Source: the human T2T-CHM13v2.0 reference genome, Homo sapiens | Length of the DNA stretch: 64,000 bases | Direction: 5' to 3' (one strand) | Assembly (NCBI RefSeq): GCF_009914755.1 | Contig: NC_060929.1 | In this document: positions 1 to 14,185 of the stretch, one piece after another | Numbering within the stretch: the stretch's first letter is position 1 | Layout: every line of letters begins with the position of its first letter | The notes under the pieces: model-generated | The model's input: only the letters and a program-made list of their open reading frames with translations | Database searches by the model: none | What the model was told of the DNA's origin: nothing | Made by a program: the position numbers and the translations under genes

Positions 1-1499
1 TGCTAAATATGTCAATTCACCTAGGAATGATATATTATTGTACTTAAATATATCATAGAGTATATGTAAAGGATCTTCATTGGAGAATGTTAGAGTTTCA
101 TATTTAAAATGAAAAAGAACCTGTCTCCCTCTGAATCATTCCTCTCAAACTTCCCTTCCAGTTCTCAGCTCTTTAGTGCCCCATCCTGTATAGCTGGGTC
201 AATTCATGCTTCCTATCAGTTTCTGAGGCAATTTTTATAGATGCAGAAATTCCAATCAACAGCTTTATGACCCTTGCTCTCAGTAGGGCTTTGATCAGAT
301 GAGTCTCCGTAATTTGGGATCCCTCAGTTGAGGCATGATTTCTAGTCTCCTGCCTTGCTTTCCTATTGTTTCTAATCAAGACTGAAACAGAGTGGTTCGC
401 AGTAAGGACTGAGGTGTGTTCTGTTGTCTCTATATCAAAGATTCATATAGGAATAGATATTGTTTTTTATGCTCCTGATTCCTAATTTTTCTCTGTTTCT
501 TCTCCAAGTAGCCCTACAGTGAACCTCACCTGAAGCACAGCTGTCCTGCCTTACTCTCTCTGGTGTTACTGTGTGACCTTAACATTTAACCCAAATTTAC
601 ATGGAAAGATGGTATCACTGTTACTGGTAAATGCATATCCAGAATGCCTTCATCTCAGCTCTAGTGTCTATTTTAATTCTGAATAGTGCTACAGAATAAA
701 GATTGACCTGTGACTGGATTAGCCTGGCCATGATAACGCTATGCCTCAACTAGAGTATCTACTGCTTGCATCAACTTCTGCTGTATTTTGTTGAATATCA
801 AATTCTTCCCTACATCATTCTCTCTGATGCTGAGAGAAGACTCTGACTAACCTTTGAGCCACAACATGATAATGCCAGATTATCAAGTAAATTTAATTGG
901 TTTATATATCATTATCACACAAATATGTTTTTTAATAATAATCTTGTATTTATAATGTTTATGTAATCAAATCTTACAATACTAATAGGTCAAGTATAGT
1001 TTACTAGTGCAAAACAAAACAAACAAAAAGCAGACAAAAACTCATGATTTCTAGAGGCAAACAGAAAATTAAATACCGACATGCAGGTACACCTCATTTT
1101 AATTAATACATATGTATGCCGTATTTTTTCAACAAAATCTTTATTATTGTAGAGAATAAATTCATTCATTGAAAAATAAAATATTATGCTTTTCTAATAC
1201 TCAACATCATTTTAAAATTCATGTACTTGTAGATATTGATTGATTAAAAATATAAATAGCCCAAGAAGTTTGTTTATTAAAATAATATTATTAAATTAGT
1301 TGTCAATATGAATTCTTAATAACCTGAAATATCTTATGGCTGTAATTATCTTTCAATGTATGTATATGACTTTTATTTTTGCATGATCTCATAAAACAGT
1401 TCACCTTGTAAATCTTATGTTTTTGTTTCAATCAAAAAGTCAGTTTGAATAATTTCTTTTGCTTCCCACGTGAAAGTAAACTGAAAATAGTTCTTAACT

Positions 1500-1700
1500 G
1501 CAGCCTTTATACTTAATTCCCAATGTGACAGTTTTGAAAGGTGGAGCCTAATGGGAGGTGTTTAGGTCACGATGGCTCACACTTATCTGCCTTCCACTCT
1601 GTGAGGATGTAGCAAAAAGGCCTTCACCAGGTGCTTGTGCCATAGTCCCAGACTTCCCAGCCTCCAGAACTGTGAGCCAATAAATTCTTGTTTACCATAA
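1500..1700 (+). mobile_element. MaLR LTR fragment (MST/MLT1A family)
   Basis: Typical MaLR LTR motifs: TTAATTCCCAATGTGACAG..GGGAGGTGTTTAGGTCA and GACTTCCCAGCCTCCAGAACTGTGAGCCAATAAATTC. Confidence 0.75.
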
Positions 1701-2387
1701 TTTTTTTTAAAAAGTAGTCCTTAACTTTGAGTAACCATGCCAAGAAGAATTGGTATCCACAGGGAAACTTTAGTTGTGTATAGCAGTATAATATATATTT
1801 CTTTCCAAATTAATGTATGGCCTACAATTTTAACCTCTAGTATGTATATAGTCTGTGGGTAGATTCTAATAGTTATTCGAGCTCCTTCAAATAACATATG
1901 TTTATATATATGTCCCCATGTGGATTTTTTCTTAGAATAAATCTAATATTTTATAGGTTCTCCAAGGTGGTTGTAAAACTATAAGCTGAAGGACCATTGC
2001 TTTAGGGAGAGTCTGGTCTTTCTATAACACATTCTGGGGTTTGTATACACAGAGATATATTCTCAGTAAAAAGTGTATCTTTGTTTATTGCTTTCCAAAT
2101 TATATGCTATTGGCTCTCGAGTCTTCAGAATGTCCAGATGGTGCATAAGGTGACTTGAGGCTCAAGTCTGGTTGTTTCTAGCCACAGCTGGCCATGTCTG
2201 AGGCTTCTTAGAGTACAGCTTGTGCAAAGATGCTTGGAATAGCATGCTCCTTAGCCCTAGCTGACGAGCATGAGGCAATGCATCTGATCACCCCTACTCT
2301 GGCCTAGCATGATGAGAGTAAAGAGATTTTTTTTAATACCTAGACAGTGTTAATACACATGCTGCTGTCTATTGTGAAGAAGGAGCC

Positions 2388-2835
2388 TATATTAGTTATC
2401 TACTGCTTCATATTAAAGTTCCTCAAAATGTAGTGGCTTAATATAGCAAACATTTATTATCTGACATAGGCTCTGAGTGTCAAGAATACAAGAAGAACTT
2501 AGTTGAGCTGTTCTGGTTTAAGGTATCCCAGGAAGTTGCAGTCAAGGGGATAGCCAGGGCTGGAAAAATCACCTAGCTGCAGGCAAGAAGTTGTCAATTT
2601 CTCCTTATATAGACACTGCTATCTTCTGAACAAGTGCTATGAGGGAGTGTGCACATGAAAGAAAGTGATGCCACGCTGCCTTGTCTGACCTGGTCACTGA
2701 GTCACATAGAACTCTTTCTGCTTTATTCCACTCATTAAAATCCAATCACTAAGTCCACCCCCCCCTCAATGGGTGGGATTAAATAAGGGTGTGACTACAG
2801 GAGGATCACTGGAGGACCATCTCAAAGGCTAGCTC
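2388..2835 (-). mobile_element. MLT1 (F/G/H-type) MaLR solo LTR
   Basis: TATTAGTTATCTACTGC..GTGGCTTAA..CATTTATTATCT at one end and GGTGTGACTACAGGAGGATCACTGGAGGACCATCT at the other, as in antisense MLT1G/H. Confidence 0.65.
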
Positions 2836-2910
2836 TCAAGAAGCTAGAGCTCAAGAAGCAGCCAGAGGATTGAGTCATTCTGATGCCTAAAGAGAATGAC
2901 ACATAGCTAA

Positions 2911-2911
<1 letters not shown>

Positions 2912-2942
<31 letters not shown>
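2912..2942. repeat. (TG)n microsatellite
   Basis: About 15 perfect TG units. Confidence 0.95.
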
Positions 2943-2944
<2 letters not shown>

Positions 2945-2969
2945 GGAAAGTCTAGAAAACAGATTTCCA

Positions 2970-3431
<462 letters not shown>

Positions 3432-3643
3432 TTATTTGGAAATAATTTGTTTGAAAACAGTTGAACTTCATTTGTATTATTAGAAACCACATTTATTTAA
3501 ACACTGTATTTCTCAATAAAAGAAAATGAAGAGCTAGTTCATTTAAAATATGAATGTATACCTTTGGAGTGGTTGGAAAATCAATTTTGTCACTATTGAG
3601 TGTGAATAAAGTTCTAATCTCTCAAGACAGTAATGAAATCATC

Positions 3644-3917
3644 AGCCAGGCATCTTGATTCATGCCTATAATCCCAACATTTTGGGAGGCTAAGGTGAGA
3701 GGATTGCTTGAATTCAAGAGATTGGGACCAACCTGGGCAACACAGCAAGATCCCATTTCTACAGACTTTTTCCTTTTCTTTTTCTTTTCTTTTCTTTTTT
3801 TTTTTTTAATTAGTTGGGCATGGTGGTGCATGCCTGTAGTCCTAACCACTCGAGAGGCTGGGACAGGAAGATTGCTTGAGCCTTGGAGTTCAAGGCTGCA
3901 GTGAGCTGTAATCACAC
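3644..3917 (+). mobile_element. AluJ, 5' part (interrupted by MER57; resumes at 4316)
   Basis: AluJ diagnostics GGATTGCTTGA and GGAGTTCAAGGCTGCAGTGAGCTG. Breaks at 3917. Confidence 0.85.
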
Positions 3918-4315
3918 TGTAGAAAGAAAAACTTCAGCTGAGTTAAATTTAAAGGAGTTTAATTGAGCAAAGAACAATTTGTGAATTGGGCAACTTCCCA
4001 AGCCAGAGTAGGCTCAGGGACTCCAGCACAGCCATGTGGTGAAAGATTTGTGAACAGAAAAAGGAGAGTGACATACTGAAAATGGAAGTGGGGTACAGAA
4101 ACAGCCAGATTGGTTATAGCTCCATGTTTGCCTTACTTGAACACAGTTGGAACAGTTGGCCACATCCGATTAGCCAAAACTCAGTGATTGGCACAAGAGT
4201 AGATTATAGTCTGTTTACACTTCCATTTAGACTATAGTTCATGATGTACAGAGAAACCTTTAGGCCAAACTTAAAATATGTGAGGAGGCAGCTCTAGACT
4301 AAACTTGATTTAACA
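3918..4315 (-). mobile_element. MER57 (ERV1) solo LTR inserted in AluJ
   Basis: TG..CA termini. Reverse complement begins TGTTAAATCAAGTTTAGTCTAGAGCTGCCTCC like MER57A/B. 4-bp TSD ACAC/ATGC. Confidence 0.85.
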
Positions 4316-4446
4316 ATGCCATTGCAAACGAGCATGAGTGACAGACTGATACCCTCTCTCTCTCTCTCGCTCTCTCTGTCTCTCTCTCTCTCTATATATA
4401 ATATAAATAAAATAAAATATCTCTCTCTATATATATATAAAATAAA
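4316..4446 (+). mobile_element. AluJ 3' remnant with (CT)n/(TA)n tail
   Basis: GCCATTGCAAACGAGCATGAGTGACAGACTGATACCCTCTCTC continues the Alu right arm, followed by simple repeats. Confidence 0.75.
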
Positions 4447-4827
4447 AGACTCTTGAGTCTTGATAAGAAGTTGTGTGTAGATATTTCAGGCCTACACCTT
4501 AACATAAAAAAAAATTAAACTTTTCAAAAGAAAGTTTTATATAATTTTTATAAATAAAACATTTCATAAAATTAATATTTAGACTTAAATTCACTATAGT
4601 TTATTTTCATTACTATAATTATATAATAGGAAAAAATGAAACATTTTAATTTCTAAGTTCTTAATAATATTCCCAAATTCTCTTTTTTATCATTTTCTGT
4701 GCATATCATGATGTTAAAAAGTGCAAGACACTGTTACATTCCTCAAAAATAGGGAATTACTAAGATATAAGACTACAGCAAAGATGTATAATTTTACTCT
4801 TTGTCTCAATTAATAATGGAATCATGT

Positions 4828-4940
4828 GTACTAGAAGGAACTTTAGAGATAAACTAACAGTCAGTTAAAGTGAGATTTTCCAGATGAGAAAACAGAAACT
4901 CAGAAATTCAAGTGGTATATAAAACCACATGCCTACTTAT
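4828..4940 (-). mobile_element. MIR fragment
   Basis: MIR core TTTCCAGATGAGAAAACAGAAACTCAGA. Confidence 0.5.
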
Positions 4941-6843
4941 GTCAATACAGCTTAATAGACGAGCTTAGAAATTATCAAAGCGATTTATTCACATTACTCC
5001 AATTTATTTTTTGGTGCTGGTGATCCCTGTATAACTTAGAAGGACATATTATTTAGCTTCTCACTACAATTACGTAAATAATATGTGTATTCATAATTTC
5101 AAAAACTCTATCAGCTGAAGGATGGCTAGATCACTTACAAATAAGAACACTGAAATCCATTTACACTCAAAGGTCTTAAAGTTGGTAAGACTGAAATGCC
5201 ACTAGAATCCAGTTCACCCAGATGTGTATTATTTTTGTTGAATTATAGTTATTCTTTCAGTGCCTACATTTATGAAGTGGATAATATACTACTGTTTAAA
5301 AATTTGTCGATCTTGAACTCTATTTCCAATCTTAGAATTATATAGCAGTTATTTGAAAGAGTGCATTAATACAGTACTTGCAATTGCAAAAATAGATACC
5401 CATTGATATTTAACTGACGTAAAATATAGTTCAAATAAAGATGATATCGAGCTGGGTATATTATTCATGGTTGATAATCAGAATCATTTTTAAGGCAATT
5501 ATGGTGACTTATACAACATATAAATTTTGACTGATATTTTTATTTGACATATTCTAAATTAAAGCATATCTTGTATATTTCCATATTTTTCAATAATCCT
5601 TTACTTTTTATGTTTAATAATTAAAAGGAAGTTGCCATAATATTTCATGTAAGCTAAAATGTTTATACTCCAAATCATTCTTTTTTAAACATTATAACCT
5701 AAAAGTAAACGATGGCAACTACTTCCTATAGATTTTGAGTGCTTTCTTCCATGGTATTATTATGAATAAAATAAAAACATTTTCACATTATCAATTATTT
5801 ACTTTAGCTTATTTTAGAGTCATAGAAATAGCATGTGTTACTTAACACAATTAATCATAATAAAAATAATTATTACTTTACAGGATTATATATTCTGTAT
5901 ATACATAGATGACTATATTGTTATGTCATATTTCATTTCTTTTGACACCTTAATTTAGAAAAAAAATGTTTTCAGGTCTCTATGACTTAAAAAAATGAGC
6001 TGGATAATGACTATTTTTTACCAATGGTAACAAAAAACAAATTAATAAGAGGATGAAAGATGCTCAAATTGAAAACAGATATTTAGATTAGATAAATATA
6101 AGATATTTCCACCAATTTCTCAATAAAGTTGTGAATGGATGTTATGCTTCACTCACATAAATCTTACCATATAACAACTATCTGATACAGGATATTTTCC
6201 ATCTCTGTGTCACTCATGGAAATATTATGTCTTCATCAGTTTTTTAAATGTAGTTTTCTTCCTTTCTAGTGTCTTTAGAAAATCAGAGTCTTTTTAAGAA
6301 AGTAGTGCTTACCACAAATCGAGCTGTGAAAATTGCAGGGTTTTTAAGGCAGCTAATAGGGACTAAATTTGGTAGTTACAAGATGATATAATCAGACATA
6401 TGGAAAAATTAGAGAAAGTTATTAAAGTGGAATTACTCTCAGATAGTAGAAAAAGACCGTCAGAGAGTCTTCATCCAGGTCAGTGAGTTACTTTGTTCTT
6501 TTTTTGTTTTTGTTTTTCTGCTGAGTCATTAGTAGAGACTGAAGTATTAAAAAGCAGAAATGACAATGAAAAGCAAACAATCAACTCCTAATTAACAGAA
6601 AAGTGTGTAACCAGTGTGATATGTTCCACTTACAAAAATACTCCACAAAATCCAGAGATGACAAAAAAATATATGTTTTCAGACTAGACTATTTTGGCTT
6701 AGCTCTGGAGCCTCCCATTCCAGTCAGTCACAAGTAACCAAATACATAAATAAAATAATAATATAGTATTATCTAGTTAATCAATCAAATTTTAATTTGT
6801 GTGATCATTTCAGTTCAACTTTCCTTCTCAGAAGTGTGAGTTG

Positions 6844-7317
<474 letters not shown>

Positions 7318-7469
7318 TTACCAATTTTTTTGTGGCATGCATATCCTCAGTTTCAAGCTAACAATGCTTTAACAACTGTGAACCTTCTGAGTGTTATTAA
7401 CTATCAGCTATCCCAAGCCTGTAAGGGGCCAGCTTCAGCACATTCCTGGTTTGACTTCTGAGCACAGAC

Positions 7470-7528
7470 GGAACTAGGTTCTGACTTCTTGCACCTTGCT
7501 AGGATGCAGGAAGTCAGAGCCTAGTTCC
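7470..7528. repeat. 59-bp near-perfect inverted repeat (hairpin)
   Basis: GGAACTAGGTTCTGACTTCTTGCA (7470-7493) pairs with TGCAGGAAGTCAGAGCCTAGTTCC (7505-7528): 22 Watson-Crick pairs plus 2 G-U pairs. Confidence 0.95.
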
Positions 7529-7939
7529 AAATCACGGGTTTAAAAAATAAAATGAAAGAACATATACACCAACACCCCACCCATAGAGAGCTTTTGGCCC
7601 ACATGCTGATGAGATATTCATGTTCTGCAGGGACAAAAGAAGCTTCTTCTCAGGTTTCCTCCGAGCCCATGAGACGAAAATAAAAGCAAAACACAGATAA
7701 CCACACCCTGGAAAGACATTGAATATGGTCCATTCACCAACCAGAAGGATGTAGAAAGGACAATGTGCCTCATTCTTCGGCCTCCTGAACTTTCTTTCCC
7801 AGCTCTCTCTGATCTCATCTTTCTCTCATTCACCTCTGAATCTTCTTATAATATGATGGGTGAAGGGATGGTTGCAAAGGTTTTATTTTTAAAATCACCC
7901 CATTGTTTCTCTACTGTACTGCAAAACCTATGATAGTGA

Positions 7940-9915
7940 ATTATCAAAAGTTCTAATATTTGTGCCATTAGAGTCCCAGAAGAATAAATTAAAAAGATTG
8001 GTTCAGAAAAATACTTGAAAAAATACTGACCAAAACTTCCAAAATTTCGTAAAAGATACAATGAAGTAGTAAATCGAAATGATTTTATAATTTGGCAACA
8101 GAGGTGATAAAAATGTGTACTTATTTACCTCAGACAAGGACATAAAGACATTATTATAGCTACTTTTTTCTGTCTAAGCAAGTTATGGAAAGATTTAGGA
8201 AGTTAACTGGAGATATGGAATAATCAAACTTTTAGATATTTACAAACATAATATTTGCAGTGAAACATGCACTCTATTTTAGTAGCAAACTAGACCATGC
8301 AGAAGAAATAATTGGTAAACCTGAATACATAGCAAGAAAACTATTAAAAAAAACCTAGAGAGAAAAGACATTTAAAAAATAAACATAGCCACAGTGAATG
8401 GTGAAAGAACTGACAACATCCTAAATTAGGTGCAGTTGGAGAATTTCAAACACACAGAGAAGATTGCAGGAAACATTAAAAATAAATAAATAAACTGATA
8501 GATCCAAGAAGCTAAATTAACCCCAAGCAGAAGAAGTATAAGCAGAAGTATACACCAAGACACACCTTGGTCAAATTGCTTAGCCAGTGATAAAGAAATA
8601 ATCTTAAAAGCAGCTGAAGAGAAAAAAGATGGAGGAACAAAGATAAGAATAACAGCATACCTCTTATCAGAAATAATTGAGGCCCAAAGACAATGAAGAA
8701 ATATCTTTAAATAATTTGAAAAAGTAATAAGCTTTAATCTAGATTTCTGAAACTAGGAAAAAACTTCAAAACCAAAGACAAAATAAAAATATATTAAAAC
8801 ATACAAAAACTGAAAGAATTCATTACCAAAAGAGCTATGTTATAAACAATAATAAAGTAAATCTTCCTAGCGGAAGAAAAATGATAACAGAGGGAAATCC
8901 ATATCCATACAAAAAAAGAAGATTTATTTATTGAAAATGGTAAATACTTGAGTACATATGAAAGACTTTTCTGATTATTAAAAATCTTAAAATTGGTAAT
9001 TGATTGTTTATGGCTAAATTATAATAATATATATTAATAATATTATGCAATGTTGTAAAAATCTATAGAAATAAAATGTATGACAAAAATATCACAAACC
9101 CAAGAGTTAATTGGAAGTATACTGTTACAACTGAAGTCAAATAATATTGCTTGAAGTTAGACTATACTAAGGATATTTAATAAGAAACTGAAATTCAGAA
9201 TAAAGAGTTAAAACTAGTAAATCACAATAAATCCAGAAAAAATAGGAACATAATAAATTAGCATAAGAGATGTCATAATAAAAAATAATTAAGCAACCTA
9301 AAAGAAGAGAGAAAATGAAAAAGAGGGAGAACAAAGAATCAACAGACAAAAGAGAAAACAAATAGCAACCTGGCAGATTCACACACAGCTGTATCACCAC
9401 TCATATTAAATGTGAAGAGTGTACACACCTCAAGTAATACTCAGTACTTGTCAGATTGCATAAAAAATAAGAGCCAATTATATGCTCTGGATAAAAGATC
9501 CACTTTAAATGCAAACACACAAATAGATTAAAAGGGAAAAGACAGGAAAAAAGTCATCCTAATATTAGCCTAAAGAAAACAGAAATGTCAGGATTAATAT
9601 TAGACAAAGTTGATTTCAAAACAAAGACTATGGACAGAGGAGAGTCACTTTAAAATGATAGAGGTTAAACCATCAAGAGGAAATACCAGTCCTAAATGTT
9701 TATACACCAAATCACAGAGCTTCACAATACATATACTAAAATCTGATTAGCTGCAGAAATAGACAAATCTACCAGAAATCTGTAAAAAATTTTAAATTTA
9801 TTTTATTAATTAATAGAATGAACAGAAAAAAACAGGTAAGTATATAGAAGACCTGAGCAACACTATTGACCAACTTGACCTAAATAAAAATTATAAAACA
9901 CTACACACACCTAGC
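7940..9915 (+). mobile_element. Old L1M fragment (ORF1 to ORF2 endonuclease region), decayed
   Basis: A-rich sense strand. ORF1 motifs GAGTCCCAGAAG and ATCTTAAAAGCAGC. Endonuclease-domain motifs AGACAAAGTTGATTTCAAAACAAAG and CTAAATGTTTATACACCAAATCACAGAGC. Confidence 0.8.
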
Positions 9916-10091
9916 AACAAAAGCAGGTTGGAAAGCAATGCTTAAAATTAGTTATATAACATTTTTTTCACAATATTTACAACTTTTTTAAAACCTTAAA
10001 TGCCTTAAAATTCATTTTACCAAACTGAAGTCAGTAAAATGGTGTTGATTTTTATTTTCCTTCTTTGTATTTTTAACTTTTTTTAATGAGA

Positions 10092-10175
10092 AATATATAT
10101 ATGTATGTGCATATGTATATATACACATATACACATGTACGCACATATATTAATATATATGTGATATTATATATC
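10092..10175. repeat. (TA/CA)n low-complexity tract
   Basis: Alternating TA/TG/CA run. Confidence 0.8.
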
Positions 10176-10239
10176 ATGTGTCAGTTTCCTGCTTCTTTCT
10201 TCTTAACTTTAGCCATTTTTTATGCATGCTAGCCTGATA

Positions 10240-10480
10240 TTCAACTCTCAGCTCTGCATCTGTTTGCCTAAAAGTGTTCAGGGGCCACTGGGGACCACTT
10301 TTCCCATGTTCCCAGGAGGCTGGGACTGCTAGGGAATTAATGCCACCCGGGAACAGTGCTCTACCAATGACAGGCTGGGGTTAATGGGTAAGGACCCTAG
10401 CCCTCCCTCCCACAGCATGAGCTAGCTCTGTTTCTTCCAGAATCCTGTAATGGCATGAAGTCCCATTTACTCAGGGTGAT
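10240..10480 (-). mobile_element. LTR16-like ERVL LTR fragment
   Basis: GGGAATTAATGCCACCCGGGAACAGTGCTCTACCAATGACAGGCTGGGG resembles the antisense LTR16 core. Confidence 0.45.
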
Positions 10481-10854
10481 AAAATAATGCAACCTTTGAT
10501 GATTTTGTTTCCTTCCTTTTCTGGTCAGAAAAATGAGAATAAAATTATTTCTTTTAAAAAATACAAGCAACAGAGAATACATTGATTTAGATATATTGAG
10601 GTGAAAAATTGTAAAATTGATAGAAAACATATTTAAATACTGCCAGCTTTTCAAAAATAAAAATTTATTTATTTTTTGCTGAGAATTAAGAGGTCAGTAG
10701 TTTGATTTGTGGCCTGGGTGAAATTAAAAATCTAAACAGCCTCTGTGAGCAACACAGTAAGTCTTCTACTTTCAAAATATGAATAAATAACATAAAATTA
10801 AAGAATCTGACAAAAATCTTTAATAGTTCATACAAATGAAATTGAATAAAGTAA

Positions 10855-11103
<249 letters not shown>

Positions 11104-11619
11104 TTTCAATTACTTATTTATATAGTAAGATTGTTAAGCATAAGATACAATTTTGCAAAATTTTGCTTGTACATATAATGTTTCCTTCAAAAATATGTTC
11201 CCAAACGATAAATTTCAAAGTTTTCACAGTGCACTCCTATTTCACACACTGAAAACCAGGTGACAATCCTTAGCTTTTATTTATATTTGTTAATCACAAT
11301 TAATTAGTTTAAAATAAGTGAGTTTTCTTCCATCTCTGTGATTTTCAGTAGAGACTTTTCACATCTTTTCCTCATTGATAAAAAGAAATAGAAAATCCAA
11401 GTTTTGACATCTAAAGCAACATTAGTAGAATCAGTCAGGCTCATTATTCTGATTTTTACTCCCACTCCAGAAATCCTTTTTAAAGTCTCTATTAAAATGA
11501 AAAATAAACCTATGAAACTTTAATGTGTGAAAGAAATAAACTGGTTATTACACAAAAATAATGCGTGAACATACATTCATACAAATTATCACATTTAATC
11601 TTTATCTCAAGTTGAAGGT

Positions 11620-12020
11620 CAGAAAATCATATTTGTTCATGGCCACACAGTTAGATCTGAGTCCAATGTTATTGCATGTTTTCCACAGAAGTTAATGTAG
11701 TCATTATGGCTAATAAAAGTCAGAATCGGCATTTGAAACCAAGTCAAGTTAGAGACTGGCTCTTTTTTCTACCTCATTGAAGCCTCTTAGCAACAGAAGA
11801 CATGTTATTAAAACAACCTTTTTTGGGGTTATTACCATGGGCAACTTGGTGTATAGTAAGCTCTTTACATGCTTATTTTATCATTTTTTCATACCAATCT
11901 TTCGCAGTTGAATGAAACTGAAGCACAGAAATCTTAATGCTTATTCACGTTACACATGAACACGGCGGGTAATTGGTGAAACTGGAATTTAAATTAGGAT
12001 ATGTCTCTCTCCAAAGCCTG
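11620..12020 (-). mobile_element. MIR fragments
   Basis: GAAACTGAAGCACAGAAA, GGCATTTGAAACCAAGTC, TCTCCAAAGCCTGT. Confidence 0.5.
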
Positions 12021-12756
12021 TAGAGTTTATCTTTTTCTGACACTTCTAAAATTTTATTTTTGTTGTATTGAAAGCATAGGCTGTAACAACTGATCTATTT
12101 CAAAAATTTTAATTTTTAAAATATTTTCTGCCACTGTATATTACCCATATCACCTTTATTATTTTGTACACATTTAGGCATTAGTGTTAGTTGTGCAAAT
12201 AATACATTATAAGTTTTTTTATTCATACTATGTAGATTGACACTTTTTCTCCTAACAACTGATCCTTCATGCATTTAAGTTTTCTTTCTTCCAGAGAAGA
12301 TTCTCCTCAACTACACCACTGAGTTGGAACTCTTTTATGCTCCTCTTCAGAAACATATATTGCTTCCTATAAAGTGAAACTTTCATATCCTTATATTTCT
12401 CACTATTACTTTTCTTTTATGTTGTCAATTTTACTTTTTTGCCTTACATACACTGTATTTACATCTATGTTCCCATTATTTTAATCTTTACTTATAGGTT
12501 ACATAGTTCTCCTCTCACTTGCTGCTCTAATATATTGTCCTGTAGATTATATGTTTTCTTTTGCCAAGCAAATATACTGCTGTGTTGCCCAGAGCAGACT
12601 TCGCACTATTAGGCATCTCTGGGTTTTTTATTTGTTTGTTTTTTGTATTCAAGGGCTTTCTAAACTACTTTAAACCTGAAAATCAATGGTAATACAATCG
12701 CGACATACAATTTATTTAACTTTCACTCATTTCCTTGGTACTAAACTGAAAATAAT

Positions 12757-13237
12757 TTCTTAGCCTTCTTCCTTTCTCAGAAAATAAACTTGAGACAAAG
12801 ACTCATGTTAAGAATATTTTACTGGAGTCCTGGAGCAGTTCAAGGGGTCAGGAATAAGAGAGAAGAGAGTAAAGCAGGGATGTGTTACTGAGTTGGCCAC
12901 AGGATTTTCTGAGATAACACAGGTCCAAGCACTTGAGGGAGAAAGGGAAAACATTTATACACTGGCTCCCATCCCACCAATCAAACTTTTTAGCAACACC
13001 ACATCCACTTCCCTGTACTTTCAGGTTACACATGCTGGGTTCCAGTCACATTCTTGTTTCTGTCAACTAGGAAGTTCCGTGGTCTGAGAGAAGAGTCATA
13101 AAGTAGTGCCCGGGAGAGGCTGTTGATACATGGAACCTACTTGACATCTGGCTGGAGCCCAGGCAGGGCTGGCTGATGCAGCATTAGGGCTATAAAAGGC
13201 TATAAAAATCTAAAGCGGTGCATAAGGGATCTCTGGT
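12757..13237 (-). mobile_element. LTR33-like ERVL solo LTR
   Basis: CTTGAGACAAAGACTCATG..GATGTGTTACTGAGTTGGCCAC..GGTGCATAAGGGAT match antisense LTR33. Confidence 0.55.
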
Positions 13238-13263
13238 AAAAAAAAAAAAAAAAAAAAAAAAAA
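13238..13263. repeat. Poly(A)26
   Basis: 26 consecutive A. Confidence 0.95.
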
Positions 13264-14185
13264 GCTGAGAATTGATAGATACACTTTCAGTAAATTCAGA
13301 AACATTTTCCTTAAAATCAATTCATTCTGTTGATGTTCCTAATTCATTTATACTGAAAATCACAAATTTTGTTTTCATAATGAAAATTTGTCATCTATCC
13401 GGTCTTACTCTGCTTCATACGCAATCCTTACCTGGTCCATGTTATAGATAGGATTGTTGTTCTTGATTTACATTGAAGAAAATTAGAAAATCTGTTCAAA
13501 TTTCAGCCTTTGTCTGCTATTGTAGGCTGTATAGAGATACAGATTACATTCAAGTTTCAAGTGTATTTGAGTTAATGTTTTTATAAAAATAGAGCTTACA
13601 AGCAACTCAGTCTGAAAATTTTGTTTTAAAACATACCCAATTGGAATAAGATCCAGGAAAACATTAAAATAAGGCATATTTTTAACAACTTTATTCACCT
13701 TGCAATCATCCTATTGAGACCTGGGTTTTGTCTCAAATTATAGAACCTATAATTTGTGTTCAAATTTTCTAGTCTTTATTATCAATCCCAAATTTTTTAG
13801 CATGTTTTGCCAAAATATATGAAATCTTCCCTTTGATATAGACTTCTACTTTTCTAGTTCTTATAGAAAGATAGTCTCAATTTATCACAAAGGCATTATT
13901 TTACTTACCTGCCTGTCATCTTGAATAAAAGGTACATTTTTTACTTTCTGTATTTAAAATAAATATTTTTCCGGTGTCAGACTCACTACAATAACTTTTG
14001 CAATACAGTCGAGAAGCAATGGGGTGATTAAAAAAATAAAACATTTTCTTATTTTTTATTTTTTATGCAAACATCCCTAACCACTTCGCATATTAAAAAT
14101 GACACAGATGTGACTAAGAGAGAGATCAGACTATAGGAAGCTGGGAGAGAAAGTTCGGGAAGCCTAAGAATGAGGCACATTCTCT

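Noticed and set aside
121-850. Possible ancient LTR-internal sequence
   Set aside because: I could not match it to any consensus I recall with confidence.
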